A stretch of 59,224 nucleotides of DNA, filler included, from Thelocarpon superellum (lineage: Eukaryota): the NCBI GenBank assembly GCA_026025795.1. It is 2 parts of 2 records of this genome, joined end to end, with 100 filler letters (N's around TTAATTAATTAA, not from the genome) between each part and the next. Parts side by side here need not be neighbours in the genome. Positions count along the whole stretch, not along the records: positions 1 to 29,611 come from JAPEUG010000217.1; positions 29,712 to 59,224 come from JAPEUG010000218.1. The stretch is one strand, 5' to 3'. This document shows positions 24,557 to 34,791 of the stretch, piece after piece. The position numbers and the translations under genes are program-made. The number at the start of each line of letters is the position of its first letter. Within the stretch, counting starts at the first letter, position 1. The notes under the pieces are model-generated. The model ran no database searches, had not been told where the DNA came from, and saw nothing but the letters and a program-made list of their open reading frames with translations.

Positions 24557-26383
24557 CTACGCCTCCTCAACCTCGGCTTCCGGTGGTGGTGCTTCGGTTG
24601 AAAGCTCGGCGTGTTCCGGGTGTTCCGGCACAGCAGCTTCTGGTAACGCTTCCTCCATCGGCGACGCTGGAGATGGAGCCGAAGCCTGGTCAAAGACCTC
24701 CTCGTCTGAGACCGGAGTAGTCTCCGCGGTAGGGCTAACGGCCTTGTCGACGGGTGAGGGTGCTTCGTCGTCGTCGTGAGCGCTGGGAGGCTCTGCATGC
24801 ACCACGTCAAGACTGGCGTGCGCACCGTCTTCGCTCACGCGCTTGGCCTGGGTGGTGCGCAGAGGACGGGTCACACCGTGGGGTTTCGTTTCCATCTTTT
24901 CGTGCGTCTTGCTCGCCGAGCTCGCCGTCGGACGCATCATCCGCGCGAGAAAGCCATCGTCCGAGACCTTCGAACCCACGCTCACCCGCGACGCGGTCCG
25001 CTGTGGAGCCTGATGGACAGGAAGGGAGTGTCGTGCCCCGGACTTGCTCGTCGCCACCAGGTCATGTTGCCGCGTGGAAGTCTGTCGGCGGATGTTGGTG
25101 GGCCCGTGGCCCTTGCTGGACGAACGTGATGGGTCTTTGGTGTTAGCCGCCATCGTCTTGGCCGCGGACGACGCCGTGGGCGCTGTGGCCGAGGCAGGCA
25201 GCGGCACCGGACGCGTCGGCGTCCACGGCTTAGTCCGTCTTGGCGGCGATAGGTGAGAGGGGACCTTGGCGACCTTGGACACCGATGCCTTGGATTGCTC
25301 TCGTGGTTTCGCAGCTCTATTCGTCGACTCGGCTTTTGTCGTCGTCGACGTCGTCGTCGTCGTCGTCGTCGTCGGTCTGATGATCGGTCGACTGATCGCG
25401 GCGCCGCTTCCTTTGCTTGTTTTGCCATTGCTTGCGGGCTCCGTGGCTCGCGACGATCCAGCTTTTGCGGCTGCAGGTACGGTCGGCGTCTTGGGCGTGC
25501 GAGGCGTATCCGCGGTGCTTCGAGCCGGGGATTTGAGGGCAGGCTTGCGGCCCGGTGTTCCGCGCGCGGTGGTGGTCAGGATCGGCACGGTCCGTCCCGC
25601 ATCGGCCTTGCTCTTCGCTCTGTCTGAGGGCCCAATGGAGGATGTTGCCAATGCTCTTCCATTCCTCGTAGACATGTCCTTCAATGTGGGATCAGCTTTA
25701 GGCCCTGCTGTCGTCGAAGTCGGCTCCTTCTTCTGCGTAGCCATGGTCGATGGACCGTTGGTGCTAGATTGCTCCAGCTTGGCGATGTCGGTTGGGCGGA
25801 CGGCGCCATTGGCCTGTCTCGGCGAAGCTTTGATACCGCTGGCCATGTCCTCGGCCTTGATGCTCTTCAACCGTGACGCGGCCTTCCCTAGTGTTGTCGT
25901 CTTATCGCCCTGGCTCCCCTTAGGTCTTGCCGCGGACAGTCCCTGGAAGGCCTCCGTCTCCGACTTTTCGACTTCGGGAGTGCCCACGGCCACCTCGGGA
26001 ATGGTTTCTTCGATCCGCGTATTCCTCGCCCGCTTCTCCGCTTCGCCGCTGATGGTTCGTCTGACCTCGGCCATGGCCTCGGGGTCCTGCTCCTCGTTGA
26101 GACTGAAGCTGGTGCGGCGTCTGGAGGCAAAGGATTCGGGCTCGTTGCTCGGCTTTCGCTCGAGCTGGATGCCGATTTGGCCGCTGCGTTCCACGGCCAC
26201 GAAGTTGGTCCGTACCGAGGAGAGGCGACGCGGCGTGTTGGACCCGTTACTCGCCACGCTCTCCGATCCGGCGGGCGAGCGACCGCGGGTTGAAGGGGGG
26301 GAGTTGATGGCATCGCCGCCGCCGCCTTCGAACATGGCGCGGAGGTTGCGGACGCCGCCGCTGCTCGATCGGTTGCTCGACAT
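24557..26383 (-). CDS. Uncharacterised low-complexity basic S/T/P-rich protein
   Basis: Long ORF; likely ATG at 26383 (MSSNRSSSGGVRNLRAMFE). Short motif-like islands RTNFVAVE, APTASSAAK, FLARMMRPTASSASK; acidic tail. Confidence 0.8.
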   Translation of the reverse strand: MSSNRSSSGGVRNLRAMFEGGGGDAINSPPSTRGRSPAGSESVASNGSNTPRRLSSVRTNFVAVERSGQIGIQLERKPSNEPESFASRRRTSFSLNEEQDPEAMAEVRRTISGEAEKRARNTRIEETIPEVAVGTPEVEKSETEAFQGLSAARPKGSQGDKTTTLGKAASRLKSIKAEDMASGIKASPRQANGAVRPTDIAKLEQSSTNGPSTMATQKKEPTSTTAGPKADPTLKDMSTRNGRALATSSIGPSDRAKSKADAGRTVPILTTTARGTPGRKPALKSPARSTADTPRTPKTPTVPAAAKAGSSRATEPASNGKTSKGSGAAISRPIIRPTTTTTTTTSTTTKAESTNRAAKPREQSKASVSKVAKVPSHLSPPRRTKPWTPTRPVPLPASATAPTASSAAKTMAANTKDPSRSSSKGHGPTNIRRQTSTRQHDLVATSKSGARHSLPVHQAPQRTASRVSVGSKVSDDGFLARMMRPTASSASKTHEKMETKPHGVTRPLRTTQAKRVSEDGAHASLDVVHAEPPSAHDDDEAPSPVDKAVSPTAETTPVSDEEVFDQASAPSPASPMEEALPEAAVPEHPEHAELSTEAPPPEAEVEEA

Positions 26384-27292
26384 GGTCGCCACCAGTCTCG
26401 CCGGAAGCTCACGCTCTCGCTCTCGCTCACGCTCACGAGATACGTTGGACGAGACGTTCGGAGGAGAGATGACACCGTTCAATGACGAGGACACATCTTG
26501 TGGGTTGGCGATGCGAAGGCACAAGGAGAATTACTGGCCACAGGAGGTGGCACGGTTGGTGACGATCACCAGAGTCAGGGGCTGTGGGAATGTTGCATCG
26601 ACTGGCTCAGGTCGACGCAGACGCTTGGTTGGTCTCTTGCTCCCGATATTGGTCCTTGGTCCTGGCATCGAATTCACGCGAACCGACAGTGGTTTTCGGT
26701 CTTTTACATCTCACCTGCGCACCTCGCACGCACCCACGCACCCGACCCACCGGTCGTTCCTGCGGGATTCATCTCTTTTTCTTGAGACCCCTGCACGGCC
26801 TGACGACTGTCCCATGCGTGGCGAGCTATCCGTGCCCAGATTTGCCGACAGGGCATGATCGTCCGTCGCTTCGAGATACCTGACGCCACCAGCAAGCCGG
26901 GGGTATACTTTCCCGCCCCGGCTGTCCACATTTCGACCATCCGTCCGACACTCGTCCGCACATCTTTAGCTCCACCATTGAACAGTAGACCCTTCTTGTG
27001 CTTAAACGCACCTCATACTACTTTGAATACGTAAGCTGATATAAGGCATACTCCAGAGCACCTACTCGATGAACAGGGCGCCCTTCATACGCCGTGCGTG
27101 TGTGCTGGGTATGAGGGTGTTTGGTTCTGGCCACGGGGAGGTGTGCGCGGAGCGGTTTCCGTTCGTTGTGAGACATCTACAATCGGAATACAAGGACCAA
27201 GGACTTCTACAGGTCAGCGAAGATATGCTTCGACCGGAACGTCTAACAGCGCATGGTAGCCATTTTTCCGTCCTTTTATCTTCCCCCCTACT

Positions 27293-29501
27293 TTATTCCT
27301 TTCGTCGCTTTCGAGGCTTGGATGCAATGACACTGGTCGATCCGTCATCTTGGCCCGCCTTGTCTAGACCCATCTCCCCGGCGACCAAAGTTGCCGCATC
27401 CCCATCGAGGTCGGACTCATCCTCTTCCGAATGGCTTGCATCCTCGTCAAGGTCGTCCTCATCGTCGAACCCCTCAAAGTCATCCTCGGCATCGTCAACC
27501 TCAGTCTGGTCATCGGCTGGCGGGGTATCGCGCTCTCGCTTCCGCTTCCGGCCCATTTCGCCCAGCCGACCTTCGCGGCCGTCGATTCCTTTTGGTTCGT
27601 CCCCATCAACCGCCGGCGGGGGCGTGAACCACGGAATCTTCCCGCGAAGGAAGTCATTCAACACCATTTTCGCTACGCCATCCACGTCCGCCTCGCCACC
27701 TCTCAGTAATCGACCGCCTTTCCGCGCCAGCTGTTCGAGAAACTCGGTGGCGGAGTGGAAATCCCGCATGTCGTAGGTACGCTCGATGTGATGCGGCTTA
27801 CACTTCCTTAGCACCGCGTCGATATATTGCTCGGGGTTCTGCACGTTCTCCACCCGCACCACTCCCCGTAGCAGGATGTCTTGCTCCGAGTCGGTCTGGT
27901 TGGGTGGCACCACGCCAGGACAGTCGATCAGGTAGATACGCTTCATGAGCGTGATGTATTGCCACACCTTGGTCTCGCCCGGGATGGGTGCGACGGTGCA
28001 GACCTTCTTCTTGCGCAGAGTATTGATGATGGACGACTTTCCCGTATTGGGATACCCAATGAAGCCCACGGAGATCTGCTTGCGGTCCGAGTGGAGGGAA
28101 GAGAATTGTCGGAGGAGTTGGATGAGCGATCCTTTGCCAAAGGAATTCGTGATGGACGCATGAAAGGCCAGGGTCGGATAATCTTTGGATAAGAAGCGGA
28201 CCCACGATGCCTGATGACGCCGTACGCCGAATCAGCCAACGGTTCATGGAGGGTTACTTGTGCCGGCAAGCGTGTACACCGCGCTACTATAAGTCCCACC
28301 ACGAGCCACTCGGAGAGCGGAAGTGGGTCTCAACTCAAGCATGGCGTTCCCGATCCCTAGAGGACCGAACACCAAGACGATGCCCAGTCGACTCCGGGTC
28401 ATGGATCCGAAGCGGCAGGATCGGCGTTGATATACCAAAGTCGTAACAGACGAGCCTTCCACTGAACAATGCGTCTGATGATGCAGGAAGGAGTCTTGAC
28501 TGAACGATGGGGCGGGGGGGGGGCAGCATTGCCCCGGCACGGCCGGGATAGAGACGGAGAATATGACTTACCGCTACGCCGGTCGGCACCAGGTCACACT
28601 TATTCAGCACAAAGATGAGATGCTTGTGTGCCGCTTCTTCCTGGATGTACTTTTCCACGCTGCGGCATCGCGTCCCCAGCGGGTCGCGCGCATCCAGTAC
28701 GTGGATGACGACGTCCGAGGAGTCGATGACCTTGTACAGCTCGTTCCAGATCCTCTTGCTCTGGCCTTTGGAGAAGATGGCTTCCCGCGCCAGGGAGAAG
28801 CCGCCGTCCGCTTCGGGTTCCCGATCGTCCGGCTGTGTCTCCGTCCCTGCATTCCCACTGAGCAACCGCTGCTGTTCTAACCGATCCTCGTACGTGTCAT
28901 GGTCCTTTTCTGTTTCGCCCACCAAATCCTCCAAGGAGCTGACGCCCAGCTTGACCCGCTTCCGTTGCGCCTTGGGGCCAAAGGTGGCGCCGAATGGGGA
29001 TGCTTCGACCGTCATCTTGGCTTGGTGCTGCTTCAGGCCGTTCTTGCCCTGCCCATCCCGGATCAAGCTCATCGGGAGCTTATTGGTCTTCAGCAGGACT
29101 TGATACGGATCCGACGCTCGCTCGGCCATGGCCTGGCGGAAGGAGTTCAGGGCATCTTGTGCGATGACGCGCGTATTGCCGAACCACTTGCGGTTGGGTT
29201 CGATGCGGGCCTTGGGCAGCTCGCGTGATTGGTACGAGGCGGCTTTGGTGATCTTCCCCGAGGCATTTCGCTGCGCCTTCCCCTCCTTGAACATGTGCAG
29301 CGTTTTTGCCTTTTTGGCATCGCTATCGCGCGGTCAGTCGTCGACCACATGGTGGGCGGATGGGCGGTCCAAGCCTCCCAGGCCCGATGGAGAGGTCACA
29401 TACCGATAGAAGTTTTCACCCTTGGTCTTGACGTTGGCCATGCCATCCGAGGATTTGCCCTGCCTCTCCTTACGGGAGGCTTCCTTCTTGCTGACCCCCA
29501 T
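27293..29501 (-). CDS. NOG2: Nucleolar GTP-binding protein 2 (circularly permuted GTPase)
   Basis: NGP1NT region KGENFYRDAKK and [67 protein letters not shown]. Introns 29403-29323 and 28571-28211. Confidence 0.97.
28270..28512 (-). ncRNA. snR191: Intronic box H/ACA snoRNA, snR191/U19 orthologue (guides two pseudouridines in LSU helix 69)
   Basis: Inside the 361-nt NOG2 intron. Hairpin 1 pockets AGUCA (28501-28497) and GUUAC (28447-28443), H box AUAUCA (28433-28428) 14 nt on. Hairpin 2 pockets GAGU (28336-28333) and UAGU (28289-28286), ACA (28275-28273) 14 nt on. Pockets are complementary to rRNA GUAAC-U-A-U-GACUC. Confidence 0.9.
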
Positions 29502-29611
29502 GGTGAGGGAATGTGGTGTGATGAGCCGACGACTGGAATTTTAGAGGCGTGCAATCTTCGAAATTCTGGTGTGGAGTCCGAATCGCTTGTGGCTGAAATC
29601 CGCCAAGATTT

Positions 29612-29711
29612 NNNNNNNNNNNNNNNNNNNNNNNNNNNNNNNNNNNNNNNNNNNNTTAATTAATTAANNNNNNNNNNNNNNNNNNNNNNNNNNNNNNNNN
29701 NNNNNNNNNNN
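29612..29711. other. Assembly gap with artificial linker (N44-TTAATTAATTAA-N44)
   Basis: Symmetric N runs around a 12-mer carrying stops in all six frames; total exactly 100 nt. Confidence 0.97.
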
Positions 29712-29946
29712 AAAGAGAGTGTGCATCTCAATAGTAAAACCGGATGTATGCAGACTCGTGTCAGATGTTGGTCATACCGATGCTGCTTCGTGGATTGTAT
29801 GAAGTGAATCCCCGCTTCGATTGATGTCTGGTCTGATCTGTTCTCTCGCTATCTCGAACGCTTCAGTGCATGTGGATCTCTGCATGTGTGTAAGTGTCTT
29901 GGTGGCCCGAGATCATACTTCTGATCAAGGCTGTGGCGAAACACGT

Positions 29947-32900
29947 TTATAAGTTCATCGTCACGGTCATGCTGTTGCTGTGGACTAGAAGGACCGGCGG
30001 GAGATCGAGACACAACACCTCCAGATCCGAGAGATAGCGCATGCTATCAGCCTCGGATCGGCCGGTGCCTTCCAAGGGCGACGGGAGGGTGGTGAAGAGA
30101 ACCGCAGTGTCGGCTGATTGGGCGCGCAGCAGCTCGTTGAGGATGAGATGTTGCGCCCGACACGGCAGGTCATTGAAGCTCAGCGGGAGCGCCGACGGGC
30201 CGGGGAAGCCGCTGGCGGGCGCCGATGTGGCGTAGATGGATCGGTGGTGTGAACGGCGTCGGTGGGGTTGCTTGTCGTGTGGAGGATGAGGCGATTGAGC
30301 CTGAGAGCGTCGGCTTGGAGATGCCGATGGTGACGCGGACGGTGATCCCGACGTTGATGCCGAACCGGATCGGTCAGGCGCCGGCGAGTCCTCAAACATG
30401 ATCGATGGTCCAGTGCCGTCCTCAGTCGCGACTTTGGTCAAGGGCACGGGCTTGGAGGAGAATTTGGCATTGGATGACTGTCGATAGAAGGGGAAGGGGG
30501 GCTTGGGCCTTGTTGATGGCGTTGGTTGTGATGTCCCGCTTCGGGATGGCGGTCCCAGCTCTCCGACCGTATCGCTGTTCCTTCGTTGAGGCGACTGGGC
30601 GGCCTTGTCACTGGGTTTGCGCGGAGGTGACCTAGCCCTGCGCTCTTCCTCGTCATCCTCATCATCTCCATCTTCCCCACCACCCTCCTCCTCATCCTCA
30701 TCATCATCAGTGAAGACCTCGCTGTCAATACCTTCATCGCTGTCCGACCCTTCACTGGCGCTAGCATGACTGACGTGATGATGCACTAGATCTGGATGGA
30801 GTCGATGCGTCCTCATCCCAAGGTTGACACCCAAGCGGCTGATGAGGCCAAAGGAGCTGGCCCGACGTCGTGGCTGGCGAAGTATTCGTTTCAAGCCCTC
30901 GATTCGTCCGGAGCGAATGGACCGCACCGACCGGCTATCGTAGGGACCATCCTGGAAGGATCCACCCGGCCATACGGCGCTACCGAGGAGGCCTTCAACA
31001 TCGGCCAGATGCTCCGTCGCGCTAGATTCACCGCGTTTGCCGCGGATCCTCTGGATCTCGCGCCACCACTCCTCCTCCTTCAGGGCCTCTTCAACGTCCT
31101 TTTGGGCCTCGGCGCTATCCGGCGGCACCACGCCGTTGACAATGATCTCATACGTCTTCAGCTCGCCCGAGGCCAGCCAGAAGACCAGAATCTCCGCTTG
31201 GATCCGGAGATTGTCCAGCAACGTCTTTACCCGCCCGCGCTCCTCCTCCACGTCGGACTCGTACTCGACGAAGACGGCGACGCGTAAGGCGTACGCTCTC
31301 TGCCAAGATGGTACCGTGTCCAATATGCCTAGTCCGTGTCAGTTCCATCCCGCCTCATGGGCTGGGTTGTAATCACTCACATCCAAGCTGGAGGATGAGG
31401 GTGTAGGTGTCAAAATTCGTAGTCAAAAGATTGGTGTCGCTGTCGCCATCGCCCGTGATCTCAGCACTCATCTGGATGGGCCAGAGATCGATCGTCTTCT
31501 TGTCATTCTTCCCTGCTGGGTGGGGAATGTGGAGGTTTTGGAAGCCCTTGGCCACCGCCACGTTGATCTGAAGCCGAAGGAGGAGATCCTCAAGCACGGT
31601 GACGTAGCTTGAGGCTTTCAGCGCCACCTCCGACCGACATTCATCCGTCGGGAGGAGACCCTGCACTCGATCTTCCTCGCGACCGCTCAACGTGCGCCGC
31701 CGTATCCCGTTCGCAGGGCTTGGCTGCGCCGTCGCGGGCTCGCTGAGGTCGATCAAAGGCTCCGCCTGCCGACCTTCGTCCATGTTGAAGAAGCCAATGA
31801 CCGCGATGTTGGGCCGCATCCCGCCCAGGCCGGAGCTCAAGACGATGTTGCGCGTGCCCCACTCGAAGACGGGAGAGATGGCGATATTCACGAAGGCTTT
31901 GACCTTGGATACGTCGATGTATCGCGTCCAGGCCAATTGCTGACGCCGTGCCTCGGGTACGGCGTCACCGAAGTCGGGCGAGACGATGACGTGTCCAAGG
32001 ATATACAGCGCTCCCTTCTTCATGGAATTGCAGAATTGGATGAGCTTGTATTGGCGTCGTGGATCGTTGATCAGCAGTAGAATCTGCGGCCGCCAGAACT
32101 TGACGTGCTCCTGGCGCAGGCGCAAGAGATATTTCCGGACTTGATGATAAATTAGGCCTTGGCTGACATCGCCCCAGGACTTCGGTGGGCTGGTGTAGTG
32201 AATCAGGACGAAGACAACGATGAGGATGCCGACGCAGCCAGTGGCATACAAGCCATCGACGAAGAACATGGTGGCCCCGCTGATGACGGTGCCGAGCGCG
32301 GCCGTCTGCCAATTGAAGTAGCGGAAGGAGGGCCGGAAGTTGGGTGCGGACCCGATCTTGAGCAGGAAACAGGCGAGGTTGGTGACGAGAAAGGTCATGA
32401 GGTAGGTCATGGTGACAAAGGAGGCGATTTGGTTGATGTCGAGGAGCATGGTGATTTGTGCGACGACGTAAGTGATAATGATAGCGTACGTAGGCTCGTC
32501 GTTCTTGGCCGTACCCTGGCCAAAGAGGGCGAAGCCAGGCAAGAGGTTGTCGCGGGCCAAGGCCTGAAGGAGTTTTGCGGAACCAATCACGCCCATAAGC
32601 GCCGAGAAGAAGGTCGTGGCGAATTCGCCCAGGAGTATGAGCGCCTCGGACACGTTGGTATCTTGAATGACATTGACATCGCGATAGAAGGAGGGCCGCG
32701 TGATGGTGGCGGCCATGGCAAAGATGACAATGGTATAAGCGACAAAGGTCAAGGCGAGGCCGGCGAGGGTGCCTTTGGGAATCGCTTTGCTCGGATATTT
32801 GAGGTCTCCAGACATGGAGGCGCCCCTGCGATCACATCAGCACTTTCAGCACGCTATGAGGTCGGGTGCCGGGGTCTCACGCAAAGATACCACCCGTGGC

Positions 32901-33914
32901 GGGAAACAAAATGCCAAAGAGATCTTGAAAGCTCTCGCGACCCTTGACCTGGCTGCCGGCGGCGCCCTTGGTCAGGCGTGGCATGAGATTCTCGCGAAAA
33001 GTCTCGGTGCTGAGGCCGGTGAACTCGACGCCGAGCTGACGGCTCTCAAAAGGCTTCCGGACCAGGGCGGAAAATGGAATGCTAAAGGTGGCGATGAGGA
33101 CGACGGCCAAGAGGCCGTTGCTGGCCCGGGCGAAGATGCCGCTTCCGGCCAGGCAGATGGCCGTGCAGATGACCAGGACAATGGTGGCCCACAGATACTG
33201 CCACCAGAATCCCTCCTGCAGCAACTGGTACCACGAGCCGGACTCGGAGCCGAAGTTCTGATTGAGGCAGTCAATCAGGCCGACGGCATTCATGCCCGTG
33301 TTAAAGACGAAGCCCAGGTAGAAGACAACGCCAATTGACCCGCCAAACTCCGGTCCCAAGGAGCGGGAGATGAGATAGTAGGCTCCGCCACCCCGAACAG
33401 TGCCATTCGTGGCGATGGCCGAAATGGACAGGGTGGTGACGAGATTGATCAGGTAGGAGACGACGAGCATGCTCATCATGCCCACCACGCCACTCTGCCC
33501 CAAGATGAAACCAAACCGCAAGAACATCAAGATGCTGAGCACGTTGAGACTGGTGGGGACAAAGACCCCGGAGAAGGTGCCCAACTTCTCAGAACCGCCG
33601 ACGGGTCGGGGCATGGCGCCCACCCGTGGGGTGGAGGCGCCCTGATGACGTTTGTGTTCCAGGCCATTGTGCACCTGCGCCGTCGAAGACTGGTCGGCCA
33701 GTACGGGAGCGGTCCGACTCGGTCTCCGCCGGGCACCTGGCGACGACTTGCTCGGCGTGGCCGATGCATCGGGAAAATGGTGGGAGCCGATGATCTTCTG
33801 CGTCAAGTCATGATGGCGAGGTTCGGGCTGAGACGAGTCGGTGCGTGGCTCGTACGGATTTTGGGGCTCGTCCGAACGGGAGGGCCCCGCATCTAGAGGC
33901 GAGGAGTCGGACAT
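29947..33914 (-). CDS. VHC1: Cation-chloride cotransporter (SLC12 family, Vhc1-like)
   Basis: KLGTFSGVFVPTSLNVLSILMFLRFG, GGGAYYLISRSLGPEFGGSIG, LFPATGGIFAGASMSGDLK, SAPNFRPSF, KSWGDVSQ, HVKFWRPQILL, IDLWPIQM. Two introns. Start ATG is inferred. Confidence 0.93.
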
Positions 33915-34791
33915 GCCGTCACCGTCGGGGGCCAAGGGCTTCCAGGGTCATGGTGGAGGCTGGGGCGACGACAGCGACAACGGAGGCGGCGTGGTACCAA
34001 GACGAAGAAGCGGGGGGCTCCGGCGAAATCAAGCCACTGGCGTATGGCTCATTGTGTTTGGGATCGATGTCGCGAGTACTTGAATCCAGTGTGCCACGGT
34101 CAGTCGCAGTCGGTGATCAGGCAAGCGACCCAGCAGACAATCTACAGACGACACGGAAGACGGTCCTCTCGGCGCGATGCGAGAGATCCTATCAATCGAG
34201 AGTTAGATGGTTGAGTACGACGCGACACCTCGACGGTCGCGGTGCCCTCGAATCTGCTCGATGATGCTTTCCGACCATGGCATCGCTACGATACAATCCG
34301 CTTGCCGTCCCTGGTCAGAGCTTGGTTGGCGGGGCCTTCTGACAGGTGCATGAGATGGGAGGCCCCACCCCCCCGAGCTGCTCGGGCTGCTACAGGGAGG
34401 GGTACCTGATTGGTTCGCTTCGGGCGAGACGGTCACTTGTCAGTGGCATCCGTTCGTTGTGCGTTGCGTTGCCGATCGCCCTGGCTGCTCGTCAGGTGTT
34501 GATGTTGTCGCCTACCAATCCGGGCCGCCCCGAGCCAGTCGTGATATTCCCGTCTCGCTCGTCTGCTCCGGCCCCTCACTATCCAGGCATTGAGCACGTC
34601 CAGCGATCTCAAGACAAGCGTCGGTCCAGCACAAGTGACCCGTGGAGCTTCTCCTATATCACCTTTTCATTCCTTTCCGGTCTCGAGTCGCTCATCCATC
34701 TCGCTGACACTGCTCTGCTCTGTCGACGACGACTTGTAGACATGCCCGGACCATAAGTCAAAGGCACCCTCTGCCTCGGCCAGTGCACAAG

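Noticed and set aside
25266..26858. 530-aa antisense ORF; likewise 57297-58367, 32159-32947 and others
   Set aside because: Shadow frames opposite real GC-rich CDSs, with no motifs.
29612..29711. TTAATTAATTAA flanked by Ns as a biological palindrome or transposon target site
   Set aside because: Symmetric N44-12mer-N44 with six-frame stops is an assembly linker.
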